The notes under the pieces were generated by a model. That model was not told the DNA's origin. It ran no database searches and worked only from the letters and a program-made list of their open reading frames with translations. The position numbers were made by a program, and so were the translations under genes. A stretch of 64,000 bases of DNA, taken from a virus. Its lineage: Duplodnaviria > Heunggongvirae > Uroviricota > Caudoviricetes. The DNA is taken from the IMG/VR virus record IMGVR_UViG_3300020202_000067, positions 17,335 through 81,334 of that record; one strand, 5' to 3'. How positions within the stretch are numbered: the first letter of the stretch is position 1; each line of letters opens with the position of its first letter. Positions 1-8,222 of this stretch are shown one piece after another.

Positions 1-375
1 AAGCGTGAATGGGGTAAGGACTATGACGCCAATGTTGAAATTGGTCGTCGGTTCAGAGATCAATTCGGCGGACCTGAGCTTCAAGCATTCTTCAATGAAA
101 CGCAGCTAGCGACTGGCGGCTTGGTTGGCGATCATCCGGTGATTGTCAAGTTGATGGCCTCTCTCGGTCGCAAGAGCGGCGAAGGAGAGCTGTTGCTCGG
201 TGCCACGCCGCAGGAGCGGCAATCCATTCAAGACCAGATCAACAAACTTAATAATGATGTGCCGCCCGGCTCTGCGGGCTACACCAATCCGGAACATCAG
301 AAGAAGCTCCAGACGCTGTACTCTCAGCTGCATGGAAAGCAACCGATCGTCGGCGCTGGCAATCGCTCCTTCTGA
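1..375 (+). CDS. 3' end of an upstream structural gene entering the window (possibly scaffolding protein, by position before capsid gene)
   Basis: Frame 1 is open from base 1 to the stop at 373-375 (track lists only the internal ATG at 121). Position immediately upstream of the capsid gene as in T7 gene 9. No motif recognised. Confidence 0.3.
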   Translation, partial: KREWGKDYDANVEIGRRFRDQFGGPELQAFFNETQLATGGLVGDHPVIVKLMASLGRKSGEGELLLGATPQERQSIQDQINKLNNDVPPGSAGYTNPEHQKKLQTLYSQLHGKQPIVGAGNRSF

Positions 376-507
376 TTAACAGCCAACTGCAATGCCCCAC
401 AAGAATGAGCAGTGCGCCCCGAATTACCGGCTACCGCAATGCTCGTCAAGTGGCTACCAGTGCAGAAGGTAAACTCAACCCAAACTTCAACACGAAAGAG
501 GAATTGA

Positions 508-1404
508 ATGTCTACTTCAATTGACTCCTCCTTCGTGCGGCAGTATGAGGCTGAGGTCCACCACCTCTTCCAGAGGCAGGGTGGATACCTTCGCCCCGCT
601 GTCCGCACCAAGGACAATGTGATTGGTACGTCCACGACCTTCCAGAAGATCGGCAAGGGCGTGGCCACCACCAAGGCGCGTCATGGTGTCATCACTCCGA
701 TGAACCAGGACCACACGGCTATCACCTGCACGCTCTCGGATTTCTACGCGGGCGACTGGGTGGACAAGCTGGACGAGGCCAAGGTCAACCACGATGAGCG
801 CATGGCTATCGCTCAAGGTGGTGCCTGGGCGCTGGGTCGTAAGGTCGATGACCAGATCCTCACGGCGCTGGACTCAACGACCACGACGGCTGTGACTTGG
901 GTTTACACCTCGGTCATGGGCATCGAGAACTCGCTGCTTGCCACGGTGCGTTCTCTCGATGCTGCCGACGTGCCCAACGATGGCATGCGCTTCGTTGTGC
1001 TGACTTCGCATGCCTACTCGGCGGCAATGAAGGTTGAGTCCTTCGCCAGCGCCGACTACGTTGATCCGATGAACCGTCCGATGGAGCAGGGCATGCCCAT
1101 CTTCACCTGGCGGCGTTGGATGAATGCGTTGTGGACTGTTCACACCGGCTTGTCCGGCGTGGGCACTTCGTCTGCCAAGGGCTTCGCCTGGCACAAGTCC
1201 GCTGCTGGCTATGCCACTGGTGCACATGCTGGCAACGCGGCTCAGAACCAGGCTGTGGCTGCCGACATTACGTGGCACGGCGATCGTGCTGCGCACTTCG
1301 TGAACCACTCGATGTCTGGTGGGGCTTGCCTCATCGACGACACCGGTGTGTTCGAGCTCGATCTTGATGACTCGGCTTCGTTGCCGACTGTCGTCACGGT
1401 CTAA
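508..1404 (+). CDS. major capsid protein (T7 gp10-like)
   Basis: 298 aa. Strong RBS (aaagaggaattgaATG). First gene of the virion block, followed by tail-tube genes in T7 order. Weak similarity to T7 gp10 around 'RTKDNVIG'. Ends 16 nt before the next ATG. Confidence 0.55.
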   Translation: MSTSIDSSFVRQYEAEVHHLFQRQGGYLRPAVRTKDNVIGTSTTFQKIGKGVATTKARHGVITPMNQDHTAITCTLSDFYAGDWVDKLDEAKVNHDERMAIAQGGAWALGRKVDDQILTALDSTTTTAVTWVYTSVMGIENSLLATVRSLDAADVPNDGMRFVVLTSHAYSAAMKVESFASADYVDPMNRPMEQGMPIFTWRRWMNALWTVHTGLSGVGTSSAKGFAWHKSAAGYATGAHAGNAAQNQAVAADITWHGDRAAHFVNHSMSGGACLIDDTGVFELDLDDSASLPTVVTV

Positions 1405-1419
1405 AGGAGGACAGACAAC

Positions 1420-2079
1420 ATGGCATTTTCTGCTTCTGCTCTCCACCTGCTCTCTGGCGGCGCTGCTGGCAAGCTGCGCTTCCACTATTCCACCTCCGAC
1501 GACTCAATGGCAACGGTTCTCGCAAACGGCTACTTCTTGTCGTCGAGCGTGAACGTTGTTGGGTTGACGGCAGGAGACCACATCTTCTGCCAGTGCTCCG
1601 ACGGCAACATGCTCGTGCGTGTTTCCGCCGCTTCTCAGACTGCGGTGGTCTGCAAGTTCGCCGGTGGCGACCTGCCGATCCGCACCTGGGCGACGGGCAC
1701 TGCGGCTGGTGACGGCAAGCTGAAGGTCGGCTTCTACGAAGTTGGAACATCGATCGCTACTGGCTCTCGAGCGGTGCTTCCCACGCCTTATCCGGGCGCG
1801 GAAGTCATCGTCTTCAAGGTCGATAGCGGCACGCAGATCTTCCACTTCGATGCTGGCGGTTCGGCTTCTGACTTCTCCATGGACGCGTCTGATGGCGCGG
1901 CTGGTGGAGGCACCGGTGTCACCTATGACAGCGTCGGCAATCGTCGCATTCAGTTGCAAGCTGAAGGCGAATGGTTCCATGTCAAGGCGACCTCGACTTC
2001 GCGCTGGCGTCTCTATGGCCACGGCCATCAGGCGACTGCCGTGAACGAAGGCGCGTCCGTCTTCTTGGGCGGCACCTAA
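1420..2079 (+). CDS. Gly/Ala/Ser-rich capsid-associated protein (minor capsid or decoration protein?)
   Basis: 219 aa. RBS aaggagga. Sits between the capsid gene and a terminator hairpin, i.e. co-expressed at capsid level. Composition is beta-rich, G/A/S/T-rich. Confidence 0.3.
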   Translation: MAFSASALHLLSGGAAGKLRFHYSTSDDSMATVLANGYFLSSSVNVVGLTAGDHIFCQCSDGNMLVRVSAASQTAVVCKFAGGDLPIRTWATGTAAGDGKLKVGFYEVGTSIATGSRAVLPTPYPGAEVIVFKVDSGTQIFHFDAGGSASDFSMDASDGAAGGGTGVTYDSVGNRRIQLQAEGEWFHVKATSTSRWRLYGHGHQATAVNEGASVFLGGT

Positions 2080-2090
2080 GCAAGCCAAAA

Positions 2091-2125
2091 GGGAGGAGCG
2101 CAAATGCTCCTCCCTACTTCTTCAT
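2091..2125 (+). terminator. rho-independent terminator-like hairpin after the capsid genes (analogous in position to T7 T-phi)
   Basis: gggaggagc-gcaaat-gctcctccc is a perfect 9-bp GC-rich stem with a 6-nt loop, followed by the pyrimidine-rich tacttcttcat. Confidence 0.45.
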
Positions 2126-2137
2126 GGGAGAGAGTTT

Positions 2138-3004
2138 ATGAAAAGAAAAATTGCGATGGTAGGCACTGCAGCTTCGGGAATAGCTGCTCCTTATGCTGAC
2201 CCTTCCTGGGAAATCTGGGGCGTGTCGCAACGTGCTGAATACGTCACTCGCGCAACGCGCTGGTTTGAGTTGCATCGCCTAGACGGCGAGCCGCAGGATT
2301 GGGCCAATCTTTGGCGCAAGTCACTCAGCGGCTTCATTGGCGACACTGAGCTCATCATGATGTATCCGGAGCCTGGCCTGGCAAAGAATTTAACCGTTTA
2401 TCCGCACGAACAAATTGTCGCGCGGTTTGGCACTTTCTTTATGACTTCCACCTTTGCTTGGATGATGGCATTGGCACTCAATGAGCTGCGCCCCATTGGA
2501 GGTCAGCCAGTCGATGGCGAGATCGCTATCTACGGCGTGGACATGGAGTATGGCACGGAATATCGGCAGCAACGTTCTGGCTTCCGGCACTTCATTCAAC
2601 TTGCTGCTCACATGGGCGTGCCAGTGACGCGACTAGCGGATGGCGGCTTGGCTTATGAGCCTGTGCCTTATCCAATGTGGCAGGATGACCCATTGCTTTC
2701 CAAGCTGACGCTCCGATCCAAGATTGTAAAGGAACGTCTCGCTTCATTCAATGAGTCATTGGCAGTGACTCAAGAAATGATGGCTCAAGCGCGCGCTAAG
2801 CTCGATCTTCTGGAAGAGCTTAAGCGCTGTGTCGTGGCAGATGCAGACAGCGACTTCAGCTGCTTTATCAAGAACAAGGAAGAGCAACTGGAGCGAGACT
2901 TGCAGGCATTCACCAAGACATCAGCTACCATTAGCAAGGACATCGTCAAGCTGGAAGGCAATGATGATGAACAGCAATGGATGATTGATTATCTCCAACC
3001 TTGA
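2138..3004 (+). CDS. hypothetical protein (N-terminal Rossmann-like region 'IAMVGTAASG', C-terminal coiled coil)
   Basis: 288 aa ORF with RBS gggagagag. Placed between the capsid and tail-tube genes where T7 has nothing (moron-like position). No confident family assignment. Confidence 0.3.
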   Translation: MKRKIAMVGTAASGIAAPYADPSWEIWGVSQRAEYVTRATRWFELHRLDGEPQDWANLWRKSLSGFIGDTELIMMYPEPGLAKNLTVYPHEQIVARFGTFFMTSTFAWMMALALNELRPIGGQPVDGEIAIYGVDMEYGTEYRQQRSGFRHFIQLAAHMGVPVTRLADGGLAYEPVPYPMWQDDPLLSKLTLRSKIVKERLASFNESLAVTQEMMAQARAKLDLLEELKRCVVADADSDFSCFIKNKEEQLERDLQAFTKTSATISKDIVKLEGNDDEQQWMIDYLQP

Positions 3005-3013
3005 GGTTTTGAA

Positions 3014-3631
3014 ATGAACAAGCGATTTGAAATTCCTCGCAATGCGATGTGCATGTCAGATCCGATGCCGTTCTCGCAGCACTGGGAAGTGCGCGTGTCG
3101 ATCCCGTTGGAAGACATTGACAACATGGGCGCTGCATTGCAGAATGGATACTCTTCCTTCCGTGCAGGCGATTTGATCCATGTTTGCTCATTCGATAAGC
3201 CAGACTGGAAACGGCTCAAGGAACTAGCAAGCTATCGCGTTGTCTCTGTAGAGAACAATAAGATCGAAGTTGTTCAGGTCACCGAGATCATACGCGTTGC
3301 TGCTGCCAAGGAAATTGCAAATCCGTTGCACCATCTCAAGCTCGAGATCAGGCAAGTTGGTCGCTCTTGGCAAGTGGTCGATGAAAAAGGAAACATCATC
3401 GAAGCATTCGTCGAGGAGAAACAGGCTCGCGCATTCTTGGCCAGTAATCAGCCAGAACCAGAAGCCGAGAAGAAGGCTGCTGAAGATGATCGCTCCGGCT
3501 ATATTGTCCGTCGCGGCTTTCAGGGCAAAGGCATCGTGCAGAATGCCGCTGGCGAAGTCGTCAAGGAATTTCGTTCTGTCAAGGAAGCGGAAGAGTGGCT
3601 TGGAAAGAAGTCAGCTGAGGCCGCTGCTTAA
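3014..3631 (+). CDS. hypothetical protein with two YegP/DUF1508-like ~35-aa repeats in the C-terminal half
   Basis: 205 aa. Internal repeat 'W-VVDEKGNIIEAF..EKQARAFL' and 'GIVQNAAGEVVKEFRSVKEAEEWL'. Stop overlaps the start of the next gene (ATGA at 3631). Confidence 0.3.
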   Translation: MNKRFEIPRNAMCMSDPMPFSQHWEVRVSIPLEDIDNMGAALQNGYSSFRAGDLIHVCSFDKPDWKRLKELASYRVVSVENNKIEVVQVTEIIRVAAAKEIANPLHHLKLEIRQVGRSWQVVDEKGNIIEAFVEEKQARAFLASNQPEPEAEKKAAEDDRSGYIVRRGFQGKGIVQNAAGEVVKEFRSVKEAEEWLGKKSAEAAA

Positions 3632-4239
3632 TGACGACACAAACAGACATCGTCAATATAGCTCTCAGACGCATTGGCGCTAATCGCATTGACGATTTAG
3701 CCAAGAGCGGTTCCAAGGAAGCGATTGCGGCGCGAGACCTTTATGAGGAGGCGCGTCGCGATCTGCTCAATTTGCACAACTGGAACTTCGCCATTAAGCG
3801 AAGTCAATTGTCCGCATCATCAACAGATCCGACCTTTGGCTGGGATTACACTTATCCATTGCCAGAAGATTTGATCCGATTAGTTTCGGTTCACCCGCAC
3901 AATGACGATCACTCAATCGTTGATTATCGTCTTGAGTTTCAATCAAGCGATGATCGCGTGTTGGTGACTAATTCAAATCAGATTTACATCAGGTATGTTT
4001 GGGACATCGAAGATCCAAATCTGTTCAGCGCTTCATTCAGAGAAGCACTCGCTTGGCGCTTAGCCAGAGACTTGGCATTGGCACTTTCGAAGTCTGCTTC
4101 AGCGGCTGAGCTGGCTGACAAAGCTTACAGGCGCTCCTTGAGCCATTCGAAGTCCATCGATGGAATTGAGGACTATCCAGAGAAGATGGCAGAGGGCGAT
4201 TGGATCACCTCAAGGTTCCCTGACTATTCGAGGGCTTGA
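3631..4239 (+). CDS. tail tubular protein A (T7 gp11-like)
   Basis: 202 aa (T7 gp11 is 196 aa). N-terminus 'DIVNIALRRIG...DLYEEARRDLLNLHNWNFAI' parallels T7 gp11 'NDILASIG...[20 protein letters not shown]'. Followed by the large gp12-like gene, with 4-bp overlap. Confidence 0.6.
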   Translation: MTTQTDIVNIALRRIGANRIDDLAKSGSKEAIAARDLYEEARRDLLNLHNWNFAIKRSQLSASSTDPTFGWDYTYPLPEDLIRLVSVHPHNDDHSIVDYRLEFQSSDDRVLVTNSNQIYIRYVWDIEDPNLFSASFREALAWRLARDLALALSKSASAAELADKAYRRSLSHSKSIDGIEDYPEKMAEGDWITSRFPDYSRA

Positions 4240-7184
4240 TGGCAACTCCATTTCTTTCATCGATCAATTCTGGTGAATTCTCCCCGCGCATGGAAGCGCG
4301 GGTTGATTTCGAGCGTTACGCTAATGCGGCAAAATTGTGCCGCAATTTCATATTGTTTCCGCAGGGCGGCATCTCTCGTCGTCCTGGCACCAGATTTGTC
4401 AAGGAAGTTAAATCCTCTTCTCTATCTACAAAGCTCATCCCATTCGAGTTTTCTGAGGATGACTCTTACATCATCGAGGCTGGTAACAACTATTTCCGCT
4501 TTTATCGTCGTCAAGGAAGTCTCACTGTTGACGACACAGACGCAGCCGTCACAAATGGCACATTTGCCTCGAACATAACAGGATGGACGGACGCTTCGAC
4601 TGGCGGCGCTGCAATTGCTCATGACTCAACAAATCAACGTTTGCAATTGACTGGAACGTCAGGCGGTGTCGCCTGGGCTAGACAAACCATCTCGATTGGA
4701 GCCAGCCACACTGCAAAAGTGCACGTTCTGAAGTTTCGACTCGCCATTGCCGGTGGCGGGAAGATCGGTTTTCAAGTTGGCACTTCAAATACAGGATCTG
4801 AGGTTCTGAGCGAAATTCTCCTCGGAGAAGGAGAGCATTCAATCAGCTTCACTCCAGGCGCTACTTCGATCTCAATCCAATTTCGCAACACGAATTCTCC
4901 GGCACGCAATGGCTTCGTTGACAATGTTGAATTCATCGACAATGCAGCGCTTGAACTAGTCTCTCCTTATGCAACAGCAGACCTGGAAGATCTTCGTTAC
5001 TTCCAAGCTGCTGACGTTGTTTACGTCTGCCATCCAGATTATGCTGTTCGGAAGATCGAGCGCAGAGGGCATCGTAGTTGGTCCATTGTTCAAGCGTTCT
5101 TTACAGATGGCCCCTATCTTGAGACGCACAACGGCGATGATCTTGCAACTATGCAGCTCGTTTCCAACTCATTGTTCGAAAACGGGATGATAGGATGGAC
5201 CGACAATTCCACAGGCGATGGCTTCGTTGTATTCAATGAAGCTGGCAAATTTGCAGAGCTTGATCCTGGGACGACTGGCGGGACCGGGGTTGCCATACTG
5301 AGAACGAGCGCAACTGTTGTTACTAGCAAGAAACATGTCGCGCACATACTCGTGGTTGCTGCTGGACCAGTGACCGTCAAGCTCGGCAGCGCCGCTGGCG
5401 GCACGCAATATATTAACACGACGCAATATCCAGGCTGGTCGTCTTATGAGTTCACGACCTCCGGAACAACGTTGCATGCTGAATTTTCGCATAATGATTA
5501 TGACAAGGGCCGTGCAGGCATCGGCGGGTTTCAAGTTTACAGCGAGGACCATAGTCTTCTTGAAGCTAGTGCAACTACAGGATCCGTGACACTAACCGCT
5601 CTGGGCTTTTCTCCATTCACCTCAGCGGATGTCGGACGGCTGATTCGCATGGAATGGCCTGGACAAGAGGCTGGTTATGGAGTGATCACTGCTTATAGCA
5701 GCAGCACCTCTGTGACGCTGTTCGTGCTCAGAGCTTTAGCTTCAACGGCTCCAACTGAGTCATGGCGCTTTGGTGCTTGGGGTGGTGACCAAGGCTATCC
5801 AAAGGTGGTAGGGTTCTATGACGGACGATCTGTGTTTGCGAACACGGAAGCCAAACCCAACTCTCTGTGGATGTCGCAGTCAGGACAGATCGAGAATATG
5901 CGTCTTGATTCCTTCTCTGAAGGCGACCTAACAGCTCAGGATGATGATGCCATTTCAGTGACATTACGTTCTACAAAGATCAATCCAATTTTTTGGGTCA
6001 GTGGCCAGAAGAACTTGATGGTCGGCACTGCAGGCGGGCAGTGGGTCATTCGTTCCTCTGGAGCTGTGGTGACCCCCAGCGACATCTCTACCAAGCAGCA
6101 TGCTGCCGTGCCTTGCGCTGACACCAAGAATATCGAGATCAATCAAACCATTCTTTTCGCCGATCGCGCTCGCAGAGAGGTTCATGATCTTGGCTTCTCT
6201 TTGGAAGAGGACTCATTCCTCGCGACTGATTTGACGATCCTTTCAGATCATATGTTTACCTCTAAGCTGGAGGAGATGGTCTATCAGCGTAATCCGTATT
6301 CCATCATATGGTGCCGAAGAGAAGACGGCAGAATGGCGTCATTGAGTTACAACAAACAGCATCAAGTTCTTGGCTGGTCACAAACCGTTATTGGTGGATC
6401 ATTTGGTAGTGGAGACGCGGTTGTTGAAAGTGTAGCCGTCATCCCAGGAGCGAATGACGACACGCAAACGCACACTTCCGACGAGCGTAATGAATTGTGG
6501 ATGATCGTTAAAAGAACGATTAACGGATCAACCAAACGTTACATTGAGTTCATGGAATACTTCTTCGATGGTCCTTTGCGCGAAGATTACGACACGGAAG
6601 CCGAATGGCAAGCGGCAATGCGCACGCAACAGGAAGACGCCTTCTATGTTGACTGCGGTCTGACATATGACGGCTCTGCCACTTCAGTCATCACCGGCCT
6701 CGATCATCTTGAAGGGCAGACCGTTAGGATCTTGGCAGACGGAAAGATCCATCCAACAAGAATTGTTTCGTCTGGCTCCATTTCTTTGAATGAGCAAGTC
6801 ACCAAGGCGCAAGTTGGGCTTGGTTACAAATCACGTTATGAAAGTCTGAAGCTGGCACCGCCAAATATGGAAGGCGGGTCTGGTGTCGGCAAGGTGAAGA
6901 TTATCTCTGAAGTCGGGATCATTCTTCTTGACGCCACAACTTTCGATGTAACAACAGTTGAGTATGACGAAGAGCAGGGCCGTCGCCAGCACACGCTTTA
7001 TTCACAAGAATTCCTTCGCGACTACATGGACAGAGACGACGCCATTCCGCTTTTCTCCGGAGAGATCGCTCCGTCAACAGACGGCGTTTGGTCGCGCGAC
7101 TCACGCATTTATATCGAATGCGAACAACCTTTGCCGCTGACTGTTCTCGGCCTGGCTCCGCGCATGGAAGTAAGGGCTCAATAA
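4236..7184 (+). CDS. tail tubular protein B (T7 gp12-like), extended (982 aa)
   Basis: Large ORF directly after the gp11-like gene (conserved gp11-gp12 synteny). Beta-rich composition. Larger than T7 gp12 (794 aa), so likely carries extra surface domains. Confidence 0.5.
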   Translation: MMATPFLSSINSGEFSPRMEARVDFERYANAAKLCRNFILFPQGGISRRPGTRFVKEVKSSSLSTKLIPFEFSEDDSYIIEAGNNYFRFYRRQGSLTVDDTDAAVTNGTFASNITGWTDASTGGAAIAHDSTNQRLQLTGTSGGVAWARQTISIGASHTAKVHVLKFRLAIAGGGKIGFQVGTSNTGSEVLSEILLGEGEHSISFTPGATSISIQFRNTNSPARNGFVDNVEFIDNAALELVSPYATADLEDLRYFQAADVVYVCHPDYAVRKIERRGHRSWSIVQAFFTDGPYLETHNGDDLATMQLVSNSLFENGMIGWTDNSTGDGFVVFNEAGKFAELDPGTTGGTGVAILRTSATVVTSKKHVAHILVVAAGPVTVKLGSAAGGTQYINTTQYPGWSSYEFTTSGTTLHAEFSHNDYDKGRAGIGGFQVYSEDHSLLEASATTGSVTLTALGFSPFTSADVGRLIRMEWPGQEAGYGVITAYSSSTSVTLFVLRALASTAPTESWRFGAWGGDQGYPKVVGFYDGRSVFANTEAKPNSLWMSQSGQIENMRLDSFSEGDLTAQDDDAISVTLRSTKINPIFWVSGQKNLMVGTAGGQWVIRSSGAVVTPSDISTKQHAAVPCADTKNIEINQTILFADRARREVHDLGFSLEEDSFLATDLTILSDHMFTSKLEEMVYQRNPYSIIWCRREDGRMASLSYNKQHQVLGWSQTVIGGSFGSGDAVVESVAVIPGANDDTQTHTSDERNELWMIVKRTINGSTKRYIEFMEYFFDGPLREDYDTEAEWQAAMRTQQEDAFYVDCGLTYDGSATSVITGLDHLEGQTVRILADGKIHPTRIVSSGSISLNEQVTKAQVGLGYKSRYESLKLAPPNMEGGSGVGKVKIISEVGIILLDATTFDVTTVEYDEEQGRRQHTLYSQEFLRDYMDRDDAIPLFSGEIAPSTDGVWSRDSRIYIECEQPLPLTVLGLAPRMEVRAQ

Positions 7185-7616
7185 ATGCGTACAGCCCAAT
7201 TTGAAATTGAGCACATCGATCAATTCAAGAATTTCGCAGGACAAGAGAACATTGTTGTTGGCGCCAAGACAGAAGACTTCATTCATCTGAAAGATGGCGG
7301 TGCGTCTTATACCATATTCAATGATGATGATATTCCAATTGGATGCGGCGGATTGATAGAATGTCACAAGTATCGCGCCCTGGCTTGGTGTCTCTTTCAA
7401 CGCACGAATGATCCTGTGTCATTTGTTTATATTCACAAGATCGTTTCCAGGGTTATCAGAGACAGCAATTATCCTCGCATTGAGGCCTATGTTAATCCGA
7501 TGCTGCTTTCCTCTGTTAGGTGGATCAAGCAACTCGGGTTCAAGCTCGAAGTCTCCTATTATCCTTATTTCTTTGCGGATGGCACTGGAGCTTCGCTCTA
7601 TGCCATTATGAGGTGA
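7185..7616 (+). CDS. GNAT-fold (acetyltransferase-like) protein occupying the T7 gp13 position
   Basis: 143 aa (T7 gp13 is 138 aa) but not similar in sequence. 'IGCGGLIE' and C-terminal 'NPMLLSSVRWIKQLGFKLE' resemble GNAT motifs A/B. Starts 1 nt after the gp12-like stop. Confidence 0.35.
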   Translation: MRTAQFEIEHIDQFKNFAGQENIVVGAKTEDFIHLKDGGASYTIFNDDDIPIGCGGLIECHKYRALAWCLFQRTNDPVSFVYIHKIVSRVIRDSNYPRIEAYVNPMLLSSVRWIKQLGFKLEVSYYPYFFADGTGASLYAIMR

Positions 7617-7622
7617 AGAAGA

Positions 7623-8222
7623 ATGGCAATGCTCACGATGGGAGCAACTGTTGCTAGCGGCGTTGTCGGCGTTCTAGGCGCTCTGCAGAAAGGCAAAGCT
7701 GATGCCTTCAATGCGCAAGTAGAAGCCGAGAACCGCGCAAGGCAAGCGGATGCGCAGTCTGAAGCCGACATCTTCAATGCAAAGGTTGCCAGGCAGCTCG
7801 CTGAGTCTGAAACGCGACAAGGCGCTGCCAATGCGAAAGATTACCGACGCACCCAAAGCGCCCGTGCTGCCAGTCGCCGCGCAATTGTTTCAGCGTCAGG
7901 TGTTTCCATGGAAGGATCCCCGCTGCTGGTTGATGAAGCGATCTTCCAGGAAATTGAATTTGGAGCACAACGCATTGCTTTTGATTCGATGACCAAGTCG
8001 TCTCGTGCCAGAAACGCAGCCTCACTACTCGAACGTTCAGCATGGCACAATAAGGAAACAGCGCGCATCGCGCGTGAGACTGGACGCGCTAGCGTTGAGA
8101 ACATCCGCAAGGCTTCTTATCTTTCTGCCCTAGGCAGAGGTCTGTCAGGCTTTCTTGACACAAGCAAGGCAATAAATGAAATGGCGACACAAGCAGCTCT
8201 TGGCGGCGGAGGAGGAGGTTAA
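7623..8222 (+). CDS. internal virion protein (T7 gp14-like by size and position)
   Basis: 199 aa (T7 gp14 is 196 aa). N-terminal hydrophobic segment 'MLTMGATVASGVVGVLGAL', then Ala/Arg/Gln-rich helical protein, Gly-rich tail. ATGA-coupled to the next gene. Confidence 0.4.
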   Translation: MAMLTMGATVASGVVGVLGALQKGKADAFNAQVEAENRARQADAQSEADIFNAKVARQLAESETRQGAANAKDYRRTQSARAASRRAIVSASGVSMEGSPLLVDEAIFQEIEFGAQRIAFDSMTKSSRARNAASLLERSAWHNKETARIARETGRASVENIRKASYLSALGRGLSGFLDTSKAINEMATQAALGGGGGG

